From Chthoniobacteraceae bacterium (GTDB taxonomy: Bacteria; Verrucomicrobiota; Verrucomicrobiia; Chthoniobacterales; Chthoniobacteraceae): a stretch of 27,605 bases of DNA. Made by a program: the position numbers and the translations under genes. Positions 19,477 through 27,605 of the stretch are shown here, piece by piece. Where the stretch lies: contig JBEBGD010000074.1 in the NCBI GenBank assembly GCA_040081625.1, forward strand, positions 1 to 27,605, read 5' to 3'. The notes beneath the pieces were generated by a model that ran no database searches, was not told the origin of the DNA, and saw only the letters and a list, made by a program, of their open reading frames with translations. Positions within the stretch are counted from its first letter, which is position 1. Every line of letters starts with the position of its first letter.

Positions 19477-21528
19477 CTATGCGACTTCGTTGATGCGATA
19501 GTCGCCGGTCGTGACGCCGGTGATGGCGACGAGTTGGTCGTTGCCGGCACCCGAGGTGAGCGCCACGGCGACCCCGGCGATCTTCACTCGCTTTACAAGT
19601 TGCGCCGTGATCCCGAATTCCGGGTCCGCTCCCGCAGTGCCGTTGATGGTGCCTCCGACGCTGACGCTCTTGATCTGCGACTTCTTCGACGTGCCGCCGG
19701 TGATGGCTGCGTCGTCGGCGTTGCCGAAGCCGTTGGCGTTCGTGTCCTCCACACCGGCGACGATGTTCGTGGCGATCAGGTCCATGCCGATGCTCACTTT
19801 GCCGATGGCGACATTGGGATTGACCGGGGCGAAGTCGTTGTAGCCCGCGAGGAAGTCGGCGAACATCACGCTTCCGCGCACGTCGATCTTTCCGATCCCA
19901 TCCACGGCGGTGACGAACGCGCGATTGGTTGCGGTGCCGGTGATGTTCTGTCCGACCATCAGCAGGCCGAGCTTGGCGTTCGAGTCGATGTAGCCGCTGA
20001 GGATTCCGGTGCCGCTCTCGATGCTGCCCTGCACGATCACCTTGGCGATGCCGCCGCCGCCGAAGATCGCGCCGGATTGTTCGCCCATGCCGCCGAGCAG
20101 TGCGCCGACCTTGACGGTGCCGAGCTTCCCGCCGGCGCCGATGTAGCCGCTGTGCATGCCGTCGCCACCGGTGACCGCGCCACCGACCGCGACCTGCTTC
20201 ACGGCGAAGGGGGAAAAGATCTGGCCGGCACTGACTCCACCGCCGCCGACCACGTCGCCGGTGACGCTGACCTTCCCGATGCCGGACTCGCCGGTAACCA
20301 AGCCCGACGCGAGGCCGGCACCGCCGCGCAGGTCGCCGCCGATCGACGCCGTCCCGAGTTTTCCGGGCTTCGTGCCGGGGGCGACGTGGACGCTGCCCGA
20401 GAGCTCGCCGGAGCCGCCGATGACGTCGCCGACGATCGTTAACTTCGAGAGCTTGCCGGTGATCTCGATTCCGGATTCATCGCCGTCGCCGCCGATGATC
20501 GAACCGCCGATGAAAATGTTCTTCGCGCCGCCGTCCAGTTCGACCAGCCCGGACTCGATTGAGCCGCCGCCGATGATGCTGCCCATGATCGTTACTTTCG
20601 TCGCCACGCCTTCCGTGTCGATGCCGCCGGAATCCGGTCCCGCGCCGCCGACGATGTCGCCGCCGATAAAGATCTTCGAGACCTTCGATTCGGAATCGAT
20701 CTGCCCGGACTCGGAGCCGAGGCCACCGCGCACGTCGCCGTTGATCGTCACCGAACTCATGGGACCATCCGAAAAGAGACCGCCGCTCATGGCGCCGTCG
20801 CTACCGATCAGCCCGACTCCGATCGTGACTGAGCCGATTTTGCCGAGGGAGAAAATCGAGCCGGAGCGATCGCCGGTGCCGCCCATGAGTCCGCCATCGA
20901 CCGTGGCTTTCGAGATGTTGCCGGTTGCCCGGATCGAGCCGCTGTCCGGCTCGGCACCGCCCTGGATCGCGCCGCCGACGCTGAGTTGCTTGATGTCCTT
21001 GCCGACGATCACGTTCGCATCGGTGATGCCGCGAGTGACGAATAGCTTCGTCAGCGATCCGGCGACGTTGCTGACCAGCGAGCCGGCGCCGCCCTGCGTC
21101 GCGAGTCCATCTTCACCGAGCGCCGCGACGTTGAGCAACTTCACTCCCGGCGAGTTGAGCTTCGCATCGCCCGCATCGACCCGGCCGAGATCGCCGGGGA
21201 TGATGACGTTTTTCAGGTCGATGCCGGTGGCGTTGATGTAACCGATGGCCGCTTCGCCGTCGCCGCCCCCGGCCTGCACGACCGTTACCGCGAGGCTGGA
21301 TTTCGCAAACTTCGGATCACCGGTCAGGTCGATGATGCGGAGCTGCTGCGGACCGGCGTTGCCGAACGCCGAGTCGAAAGTGAACACGCCCTCGGTGAGC
21401 GTCGCCTTGGTCTTGAAGGTTACCGTCACCGCGTCGCCATCGGCGTCCGTGTAGGTGAGGATGGTTCCGCTGAGCGCGGCCGGCGCGATCCGGCATTCGA
21501 GTGGTTCGATTGACGTGACGGTTTTCAT
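19477..21528 (-). CDS. Exported Gly-rich repeat (beta-solenoid-like) protein with N-terminal LExRIAPA motif
   Basis: Likely start 21528 ([17 protein letters not shown], resembling the LEPR-XLL PVC export signature); about 13 repeats of ~26 aa (GGxGxxSGxIxxxGxIxKVxIGGDIx); 683 aa. Confidence 0.8.
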   Translation of the reverse strand: MKTVTSIEPLECRIAPAALSGTILTYTDADGDAVTVTFKTKATLTEGVFTFDSAFGNAGPQQLRIIDLTGDPKFAKSSLAVTVVQAGGGDGEAAIGYINATGIDLKNVIIPGDLGRVDAGDAKLNSPGVKLLNVAALGEDGLATQGGAGSLVSNVAGSLTKLFVTRGITDANVIVGKDIKQLSVGGAIQGGAEPDSGSIRATGNISKATVDGGLMGGTGDRSGSIFSLGKIGSVTIGVGLIGSDGAMSGGLFSDGPMSSVTINGDVRGGLGSESGQIDSESKVSKIFIGGDIVGGAGPDSGGIDTEGVATKVTIMGSIIGGGSIESGLVELDGGAKNIFIGGSIIGGDGDESGIEITGKLSKLTIVGDVIGGSGELSGSVHVAPGTKPGKLGTASIGGDLRGGAGLASGLVTGESGIGKVSVTGDVVGGGGVSAGQIFSPFAVKQVAVGGAVTGGDGMHSGYIGAGGKLGTVKVGALLGGMGEQSGAIFGGGGIAKVIVQGSIESGTGILSGYIDSNAKLGLLMVGQNITGTATNRAFVTAVDGIGKIDVRGSVMFADFLAGYNDFAPVNPNVAIGKVSIGMDLIATNIVAGVEDTNANGFGNADDAAITGGTSKKSQIKSVSVGGTINGTAGADPEFGITAQLVKRVKIAGVAVALTSGAGNDQLVAITGVTTGDYRINEVA

Positions 21529-21556
21529 GCCGCCGATCTTGAAGCAGGCGAATCGA

Positions 21557-22684
21557 CTACGCCAGCACTTCGCGCAGCGCGGCGAGGACGAGATCGACAT
21601 TTCGCACGGTCGCGCCGTGGCCCATGAGGCCGATGCGCCACGCCTTTCCGGCCATCGGGCCGAGGCCGCTGCCGATTTCGATCCCGTATTCCTCGAGCAG
21701 GCGGCGGCGCACCGTGGCGTCGTCGGCACCGGCGGGGATGTGGATGCAGTTGAGCGTGTGAAGCGAGTGAGTGGGGACGTATTGGATTCCCATCGCCTTG
21801 AGCCCCGAGCGCAGGCGGCGGTGCATGAAGGCGTGGCGCTCGATGCGCTCGGTAATGCCTTCCTCGAGCACGATCGCGAGCGCCTCGCGCAGCGCGTAGG
21901 TCATGTTGATCGGCGCGGTGTGGTGATACACGCGGCCGCCGCCGCCCGCGCCGCCGGTGTAGTATTTCCGCAGCATCGACACGTCGAGATACCAGCTCTG
22001 GACCTTCGTCTTTCGCGCATCCATCGCGGCGAGCGCGCGCTCGCCGAAGCTCACGGGTGAAAGGCCGGGCGGGCAGGAGAGGCATTTCTGCGTGCCGCTG
22101 TAGATGGCGTCGATGCCCCAGTCATCGACGTGCAGTTCGTGGCCGCCGAGCGAAGTGACTGCATCGACGATGAGCATCGTGCCCTTCGCGTGGCAGAGGT
22201 CGGCGAAGCCGGTGAGCGACTGGTGCGCGCCGGTGCTCGTCTCGGCGTGGACGATGCCGAGCAGCTTCGCCTTCGGGTGCGCGTCGAGGGCGGCGGCGAT
22301 CTGCTCCCTGCTGATGGTGTCGCCCCACGCCGCCTCGATCGCGTGGACGGTCGCGCCGCAGCGTTCCATCACGTCCTTCATGCGCGTGCCGAAGACGCCG
22401 TTTACGCACACGATCGCCTCGTCGCCGGGCTCGAGCAGGTTCGTGGCGATGCATTCCATTCCCGCCATGCCGGTGCCGCTGACGGGGAAGGTGAGCGCGT
22501 TCTTCGTGTGAAAGACGCGGCGCAGCATCTCGCACGTCTCGTCCATGATCGCGAGATACTGCGGGTCGAGGTGGCCGAGCGTCGGGCAGGAAAGTGCGCG
22601 CAGCACGCGATGCGACACGGTGCTCGGGCCGGGGCCCATCAGGATGCGTTCGGCGGGATTGGTCTGCGGAGCGGAGGTGGTCAT
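21557..22684 (-). CDS. Alanine/serine-glyoxylate aminotransferase family (class V PLP)
   Basis: Motifs [50 protein letters not shown] (PLP Lys), YHHTAP and WRIGLMG. Confidence 0.93.
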   Translation of the reverse strand: MTTSAPQTNPAERILMGPGPSTVSHRVLRALSCPTLGHLDPQYLAIMDETCEMLRRVFHTKNALTFPVSGTGMAGMECIATNLLEPGDEAIVCVNGVFGTRMKDVMERCGATVHAIEAAWGDTISREQIAAALDAHPKAKLLGIVHAETSTGAHQSLTGFADLCHAKGTMLIVDAVTSLGGHELHVDDWGIDAIYSGTQKCLSCPPGLSPVSFGERALAAMDARKTKVQSWYLDVSMLRKYYTGGAGGGGRVYHHTAPINMTYALREALAIVLEEGITERIERHAFMHRRLRSGLKAMGIQYVPTHSLHTLNCIHIPAGADDATVRRRLLEEYGIEIGSGLGPMAGKAWRIGLMGHGATVRNVDLVLAALREVLA

Positions 22685-23919
22685 CGTGTGGTGCTAACAG
22701 GGGGTGTTTCGCTTGGGAAGCTGTCGCCGTTCGGGCGTGGCTTCGCGCCGAAGGTGAACTTGAGTGTCTTCCAAAGGTCGCCGGGTTGCGCGCCGATGCC
22801 GAGCGACGCGGTCGGCTCATAGCCGCAGTGGACCATGCAGTTTTCGCAGCGCGGATCGCGCGCGACACCATCGACGACGCCGAGTTTGGTCCAGTCGGTC
22901 TTTTCGAGTAGCTCGCGATAGGTGGCGTAATGCCCGTCGGTCATCAGGTAGCACGGGCCTTTCCAGCCGCGGATGTTGCGCGTCGGGATCGCCCACGCGC
23001 TGCACGTGAGGTCGCGCTGGCCGGCGAGGAATTCGAGATACACGGGCGTGCCGAGGATCGGAAAGTCGCGCCCCCACTCGACCGCGCGCGCGAACTTCTC
23101 CCGCGTCGCGTCGCGCGTGAGGAAGAACTCCTCCGGTCGCTGGCCGAGCCGCGCGATCATGTCCTTCTTCGCGGCGTCGTATTCGTAGCCGGGCGAGATC
23201 GTGTGCCCATCGACGCCGAGCGTGCCGAGGAAGGCGAACATCTCCTCGATCTCGGCGGGATCGGTCTCGCGATAGACGGTCGTGTTCGTCGCGACCTGGT
23301 AGCCGAGGATCTTCGCCATGCGGATCGCGAGCACCGCTTCGCGGAAGACGCCCACGCGCTCGACGATGAGGTCGTGCGTCTTCTCCATGCCGTCGAGGTG
23401 GACGTTCCAGTAAAACCATTGCGTGGGGGCGATGGGACTGATGGGAGCGATGGGTCGATTGATGATCTCGTCGCGGTGCGCGGGCGTGAGCAGTTCCTCG
23501 CTCACGAGCACCTGCATCAGGTCCTCCGCTTCGCCGCGTCGCTGGAGCCAGAGCGCGGCGAGGTAGTCGCGCATCTTGCGACGCATGAGCGTCGCATTCG
23601 TGCAGATGTAAACGATGCGCCGCTGCTTGAGCAGGCCGGCGACGAGCGCCTCGATCTGCGGGTAGATGAGCGGTTCGCCGCCGCAGATGCTCACCATCGG
23701 CGCGTTGCACTCCTGCGCCGCGGCGAGGCAGTCAGCCAGCGGCAGCACGTCCTTGAGCGACGTGGAGTATTCGCGGATTCGCCCGCAGCCGGTGCAGGTG
23801 AGGTTGCACGTGTGCAGCGGTTCGAGTTGGAGCACGGTCGCGAACTTCTCCACGCCGCGGAGTTTGTGCCACAATATGTGCCCTGCGATTTTCGCGGTCA
23901 GCGCGAGCGGGAATCTCAT
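22681..23919 (-). CDS. hpnH: Adenosyl-hopene transferase, radical SAM (HpnH, DUF3463 C-terminus)
   Basis: Motifs VLQLEPLHTCNLTCTGCGRI, SICGGEPL, YICTNA, HLDG, SPGYEY, C..WAIPTRNI.GW..PCYL and DPRCENCMVHCGYEPTA. Confidence 0.88.
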   Translation of the reverse strand: MRFPLALTAKIAGHILWHKLRGVEKFATVLQLEPLHTCNLTCTGCGRIREYSTSLKDVLPLADCLAAAQECNAPMVSICGGEPLIYPQIEALVAGLLKQRRIVYICTNATLMRRKMRDYLAALWLQRRGEAEDLMQVLVSEELLTPAHRDEIINRPIAPISPIAPTQWFYWNVHLDGMEKTHDLIVERVGVFREAVLAIRMAKILGYQVATNTTVYRETDPAEIEEMFAFLGTLGVDGHTISPGYEYDAAKKDMIARLGQRPEEFFLTRDATREKFARAVEWGRDFPILGTPVYLEFLAGQRDLTCSAWAIPTRNIRGWKGPCYLMTDGHYATYRELLEKTDWTKLGVVDGVARDPRCENCMVHCGYEPTASLGIGAQPGDLWKTLKFTFGAKPRPNGDSFPSETPPVSTTR

Positions 23920-23963
23920 CGGCTGCACTTATTGGCCGGCGCGCACTGCTGACAAGGGGCAAG

Positions 23964-24356
23964 TCATCCTCGCGGAGAATTGAGCGCAAGTGCCGCGGTG
24001 TGGCCGAGCCAGACGGCGGCCATGCAGAGGCTGAAGGAGAAAACCGTATTGAGCCCGGCGTAGAGCCACTCGCCTTCGCGCGCGAGGTTGAGCGTCTGGA
24101 GGCTGAATGCTGAAAACGTGGTGTAGCCGCCGCACAGGCCAACCATGATGAATTGCCGCGCGCTGGCCGGGGCGAGCCAGCGGCCATCCGGTCCCGTGAG
24201 CGTCGCGACGAAGCCGATGACGAATGAGCCGGCGACATTGACGACGAGCGTGCCGAGCGGAAACCCTTCGCCGAATCGCTGCGCGAAAAATCCCGAGCAC
24301 CACCAGCGCGCGAGGCTGCCGAGCCCGCCGCCGAGGAAGATCCAGAGCGCGGTCAT
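23964..24356 (-). CDS. crcB: Fluoride efflux channel CrcB/FluC
   Basis: Motifs [27 protein letters not shown] and [13 protein letters not shown]; 130 aa; start overlaps the RND stop. Confidence 0.95.
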   Translation of the reverse strand: MTALWIFLGGGLGSLARWWCSGFFAQRFGEGFPLGTLVVNVAGSFVIGFVATLTGPDGRWLAPASARQFIMVGLCGGYTTFSAFSLQTLNLAREGEWLYAGLNTVFSFSLCMAAVWLGHTAALALNSPRG

Positions 24357-27300
24357 GGCTTGGCGAACCGCGCGTAGAGCGGCGGCAGCAGGAAGAGGTT
24401 CAGCAGCGTCGAGGTCACGAGTCCGCCGATGATCACGACGGCCATCGGGAATTCAATCTCGTGTCCGGGGATGTTGCCGCGCACGACGAGCGGCAGGAGC
24501 GCGAGCGCGGCGGTGGCGGCGGTCATCAGGATCGGCGTCAGCCTTTCCTCCGCGCCGCGCTGCACGAGAGCGGGTCCGAAGGGCACACCCTCTTCGCGTT
24601 CGAGATGACGGAAGTGGCTCACGAGCATGATGCCGTTGCGCGCGGCGATGCCGAGCACGGTGACGAATCCGACGAGCGAGCCGAGCGAAAGCACGCCGCC
24701 GACGAGCCACGCCGCGAGCACCGCGCCGACCAGCGCGAAGGGCAGCGTGAGGCCGACGAGCAGCATGAGGCGCGGCGATTTGAAGTCGGCCAGCAGCAGC
24801 ACGAAGATCCCGAGCACGGCGGCGACGGAGAGCAGCAGCAGCCGGTGCTGGGCCTCCTGCCGCGCGGCGTATTCACCGAGCACTTCCGGATGATAGCCGG
24901 CGGGGAAGGTGACGCCGGAGACCTTCGCCTGCACGTCGCGCGCGACGCTTCCGAGGTCGCGGCCGGCGACGTTGCACGTCACGTCGATCCGGCGCGACGC
25001 GCTCTCGCGCTTGATCTCGTTCGGCGTCGGCACGATCGCGAGATCGGCGACCGCGCCGAGCGGCACGTGGCCGCCGCCGGGCGTCTCGATGAGCAGTTCG
25101 CGCAGCGCGCGCAAGTCACCGCGCACGGCGGGCAAACTCCACACGACGACGCCGTGGACCTTCTGCTCCTCGAAGACTTCGCCGACCTTCCGGCCCTTGA
25201 TCAGCGTGGTGACCGCGCCGCGCACCGCGGCAGCGGTGAGGCCGAAGTTCGCGGCGGCCTCGGTGCGCAGCCGCATCTGCACCTGCGGCACGAGCGTCTG
25301 CGGCTCGACCTTGAGCGCGCTGACGCCGGGCACGTCCTTGAGCGCCGCGCCGACCTCCCCGGCCTTCGCGCGGAGCACGTCGAGTTCCGGTCCGTAGATC
25401 CGCACGACCACGCTCGCGCTTGCACCCGTCAGCACTTCCTTGATGCGCTCGCGCAGGTAGGTGAGCAGGTCGCGATACAGTCCGGGGTAGCCATCGACGA
25501 CTTCCTGCGCCTTCGCGACGGTCGTTTCGTAGTCGGCCTTTGGGTCGATGTTGATCCACAGTTCGGTGAAGTTCGGCCCGACCACTTCGTCGGCGACTTC
25601 CGCGCGACCGATGTGCGCTCCCATGTTGCGCACGCCCGGGATCGAGCGCAGTTCCTTGCTCGCGGCGATGGAGATGCGCGTCATCGCCTCGATCGAGGTC
25701 GCGGGCTTTTCCACCCAGTGCATGAGGAAATCGCGCTCCTTGAAGTTCGGCAGGAACTCCTCGCCGAGCCGCTGCCACACGATGCTGGTGAGGATGAATG
25801 CGCCCGCCAGCACGCCGAGCGCGAGCGGTGCGCGGCCCATCAGCCGCGGCAGCACGCCGCGATAGGCGGACTTCAGCCGGCGCACGAGTGGCGCGTCCTG
25901 TTTCTGCTCCGGCGTGCCGTGGAGCAGCATTAGGCAAAGCGCGGGCGTGAGCGTGAGCGCGACCGCGAGTGACGCAAGGATCGCGAGGATGTAGGCGAGC
26001 GCGAGCGGACGGAAAAAAGTGCCCGCCAGCCCATCGAGGAAGAACACCGGCAGGAACACGAGCACGACGATGAGGCTCGCATAGACGACGGCGCTGCGGA
26101 CTTCGAGCGAGGCGTTCAGCACGACCTTCCACGCCGGCTCCGGGACCGCGAGCGCGCGGTTGAGGCGCAGGCGGCGCAGGATGTTCTCCACGTCGATGAT
26201 CGCGTCATCGACGACTTCGCCGAGCGCGATGACGAGGCCAGCGAGCACCATCGTGTTGAGCGTCTCGCCGCGCCAGCTCAGCACCAGCACCGCGCCGGCG
26301 AGCGAGAGCGGGATGGCGGTGATGCTGATGAACGCGGTGCGCCAGTCGTTGAGGAAAAGCACGAGCACCACGACGACAAGCAGGCAGCCGAGCCACATCG
26401 CCTCGGTGAGGTTGCCGACCGATTGCTCGATGAACGTGGCGGGGCGGAAGATCGTCGAGTCCATCTCGACGCCGGTGAGGCCGGGGCGCAGCTCCGTGAG
26501 CGCCTGCTCGATGCCCTTGGTCACGTCGAGCGTGTTTCCCCACGGCTGTTTCTCGACGATGAGCAGGATGCCGGGGCCGTCATTGATCACTGCGTCGCCG
26601 ATCGGCGCGGGATGGCCGATGCGCACTTCCGCGACGTCGCCGAGACGCAGCGGCGTGTCTTCGCGGAAGGCGACGATGCTGCGCGCGAGGTCGTCGGCGC
26701 TGGTGATCGACCCGAGCTGCCGCACGCCGAGGCGCTGGGTCGGCGTGTCCATGAAACCGCCCGCGCTCACGACTGCCGCATCGCCCGCGGCTTTCACCAC
26801 GGCATCGAGCGACACGCCGGCGGCGCGCAGTCGCTCGGGATCGACGAGCACTTGATACTCCTTGTCGCGCTGGCCCCAGATCGCGACGTTCGCGACGCCG
26901 GGCACGGCCATGAGGCGGGGGCGGATGGTCCAGAGCGAGAGTTCGCTCAGCTCCATCTGGGTGAGCGTCTTCGAGGTGAGCCCGACTTTCAGCACCCGGC
27001 TGAGCGACGAATACGGCGCCATGAGCACGGGCGGCTTGACCACGTCGGGCAGCCGGCGCTGCGCGAGCTGGAGCCGCTCCTGCACGAGCTGGCGCGCGCG
27101 GAGGATGTCGGTGCCGGTGTTGAAGATCATCACGACCGACGAGAGGCCGAGCACCGATTTCGAGCGGATCGTCTTGAGGAAGGGCAGGCCGTTGAGCGCG
27201 TTCTCGAGCGGCACGGTGACGAGCGCATCGACCTCCTCGGTCGAGAGGCCGGGCGCCTCGGTCTGGATCTCGACCAGCGGCGGCGCGAACTCGGGGAACA

Positions 27301-27412
27301 CATCGAGCGGCGCGTGCTGCACGGCGCGGATGCCGATGAAGAGCAGCGCTGCCGCGAGCGCGACGACGAGCACGCGCATCTCGAGCGCCCAGGTGACGAT
27401 CGCTTTCAGCAT
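24353..27412 (-). CDS. RND efflux permease, CusA/CzcA (heavy-metal efflux) family
   Basis: 1019 aa. Motifs [60 protein letters not shown] and [10 protein letters not shown]. Confidence 0.93.
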   Translation of the reverse strand: MLKAIVTWALEMRVLVVALAAALLFIGIRAVQHAPLDVFPEFAPPLVEIQTEAPGLSTEEVDALVTVPLENALNGLPFLKTIRSKSVLGLSSVVMIFNTGTDILRARQLVQERLQLAQRRLPDVVKPPVLMAPYSSLSRVLKVGLTSKTLTQMELSELSLWTIRPRLMAVPGVANVAIWGQRDKEYQVLVDPERLRAAGVSLDAVVKAAGDAAVVSAGGFMDTPTQRLGVRQLGSITSADDLARSIVAFREDTPLRLGDVAEVRIGHPAPIGDAVINDGPGILLIVEKQPWGNTLDVTKGIEQALTELRPGLTGVEMDSTIFRPATFIEQSVGNLTEAMWLGCLLVVVVLVLFLNDWRTAFISITAIPLSLAGAVLVLSWRGETLNTMVLAGLVIALGEVVDDAIIDVENILRRLRLNRALAVPEPAWKVVLNASLEVRSAVVYASLIVVLVFLPVFFLDGLAGTFFRPLALAYILAILASLAVALTLTPALCLMLLHGTPEQKQDAPLVRRLKSAYRGVLPRLMGRAPLALGVLAGAFILTSIVWQRLGEEFLPNFKERDFLMHWVEKPATSIEAMTRISIAASKELRSIPGVRNMGAHIGRAEVADEVVGPNFTELWINIDPKADYETTVAKAQEVVDGYPGLYRDLLTYLRERIKEVLTGASASVVVRIYGPELDVLRAKAGEVGAALKDVPGVSALKVEPQTLVPQVQMRLRTEAAANFGLTAAAVRGAVTTLIKGRKVGEVFEEQKVHGVVVWSLPAVRGDLRALRELLIETPGGGHVPLGAVADLAIVPTPNEIKRESASRRIDVTCNVAGRDLGSVARDVQAKVSGVTFPAGYHPEVLGEYAARQEAQHRLLLLSVAAVLGIFVLLLADFKSPRLMLLVGLTLPFALVGAVLAAWLVGGVLSLGSLVGFVTVLGIAARNGIMLVSHFRHLEREEGVPFGPALVQRGAEERLTPILMTAATAALALLPLVVRGNIPGHEIEFPMAVVIIGGLVTSTLLNLFLLPPLYARFAKP

Positions 27413-27415
27413 CGT

Positions 27416-27604
27416 CTATTTCCCGGCTCCAAATTCAGTGCCGAACAACTCGGCGGCTCCGTCGGTCACGACCTTCGCTCCCGCCCTTGCCCCGCTCGCG
27501 AGCACGGCATCGGGGCCGACGACGCGATCGACCACGACGCGGCGGCGCGTGAAGGTCTGCGGCGCGGTGTTTTCGTAGACCCACTGGCCGCCGTGGATGT
27601 CGTG
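27416..27604 (-). CDS. RND membrane fusion (periplasmic adaptor) protein, C-terminal fragment
   Basis: Reads ...[62 protein letters not shown]. The stop is 3 nt before the RND start; 5'-truncated by the window. Confidence 0.85.
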   Translation of the reverse strand, partial: HDIHGGQWVYENTAPQTFTRRRVVVDRVVGPDAVLASGARAGAKVVTDGAAELFGTEFGAGK

Positions 27605-27605
27605 C

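Noticed and set aside
24353..27412. Calling the RND protein the hopanoid transporter HpnN because hpnH is nearby
   Set aside because: The sequence motifs and an adjacent MFP indicate the CusA/CzcA family, not the MMPL-like HpnN.

Overview
GC-rich bacterial chromosomal segment, most likely Verrucomicrobiota (Chthoniobacterales/Spartobacteria-like). This is inferred from a PVC-type CxxCH protein, a PEP-CTERM protein, an LExRIAPA-type exported protein and A/C-rich leaders without Shine-Dalgarno sequences. Core content: galE, a TPR protein, a 3D-domain lipoprotein, dnaK-groES-groEL, a large deacetylase/PVC heme-protein fusion, glcD/E/F split by a small insert (hicB, frameshifted hicA, a Lys-rich small ORF, PEP-CTERM), alanine-glyoxylate aminotransferase, hpnH, crcB and a CusA/CzcA-type RND pump. 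The most interesting part is the left 3.1 kb, all on the minus strand. In order it holds a promoter-like element, a (CGCCGCTT)10 microsatellite, a 13-unit array of GAG-N5-CTC mini-palindromes with an exact 21-bp period, an uncharacterised helical + Fn3-like gene, an attI-like site, two integron gene cassettes (one intact attC, one decayed attC) with no integrase in the window, and a collagen-like gene running off the edge. All calls were made by eye from sequence; no searches were run.
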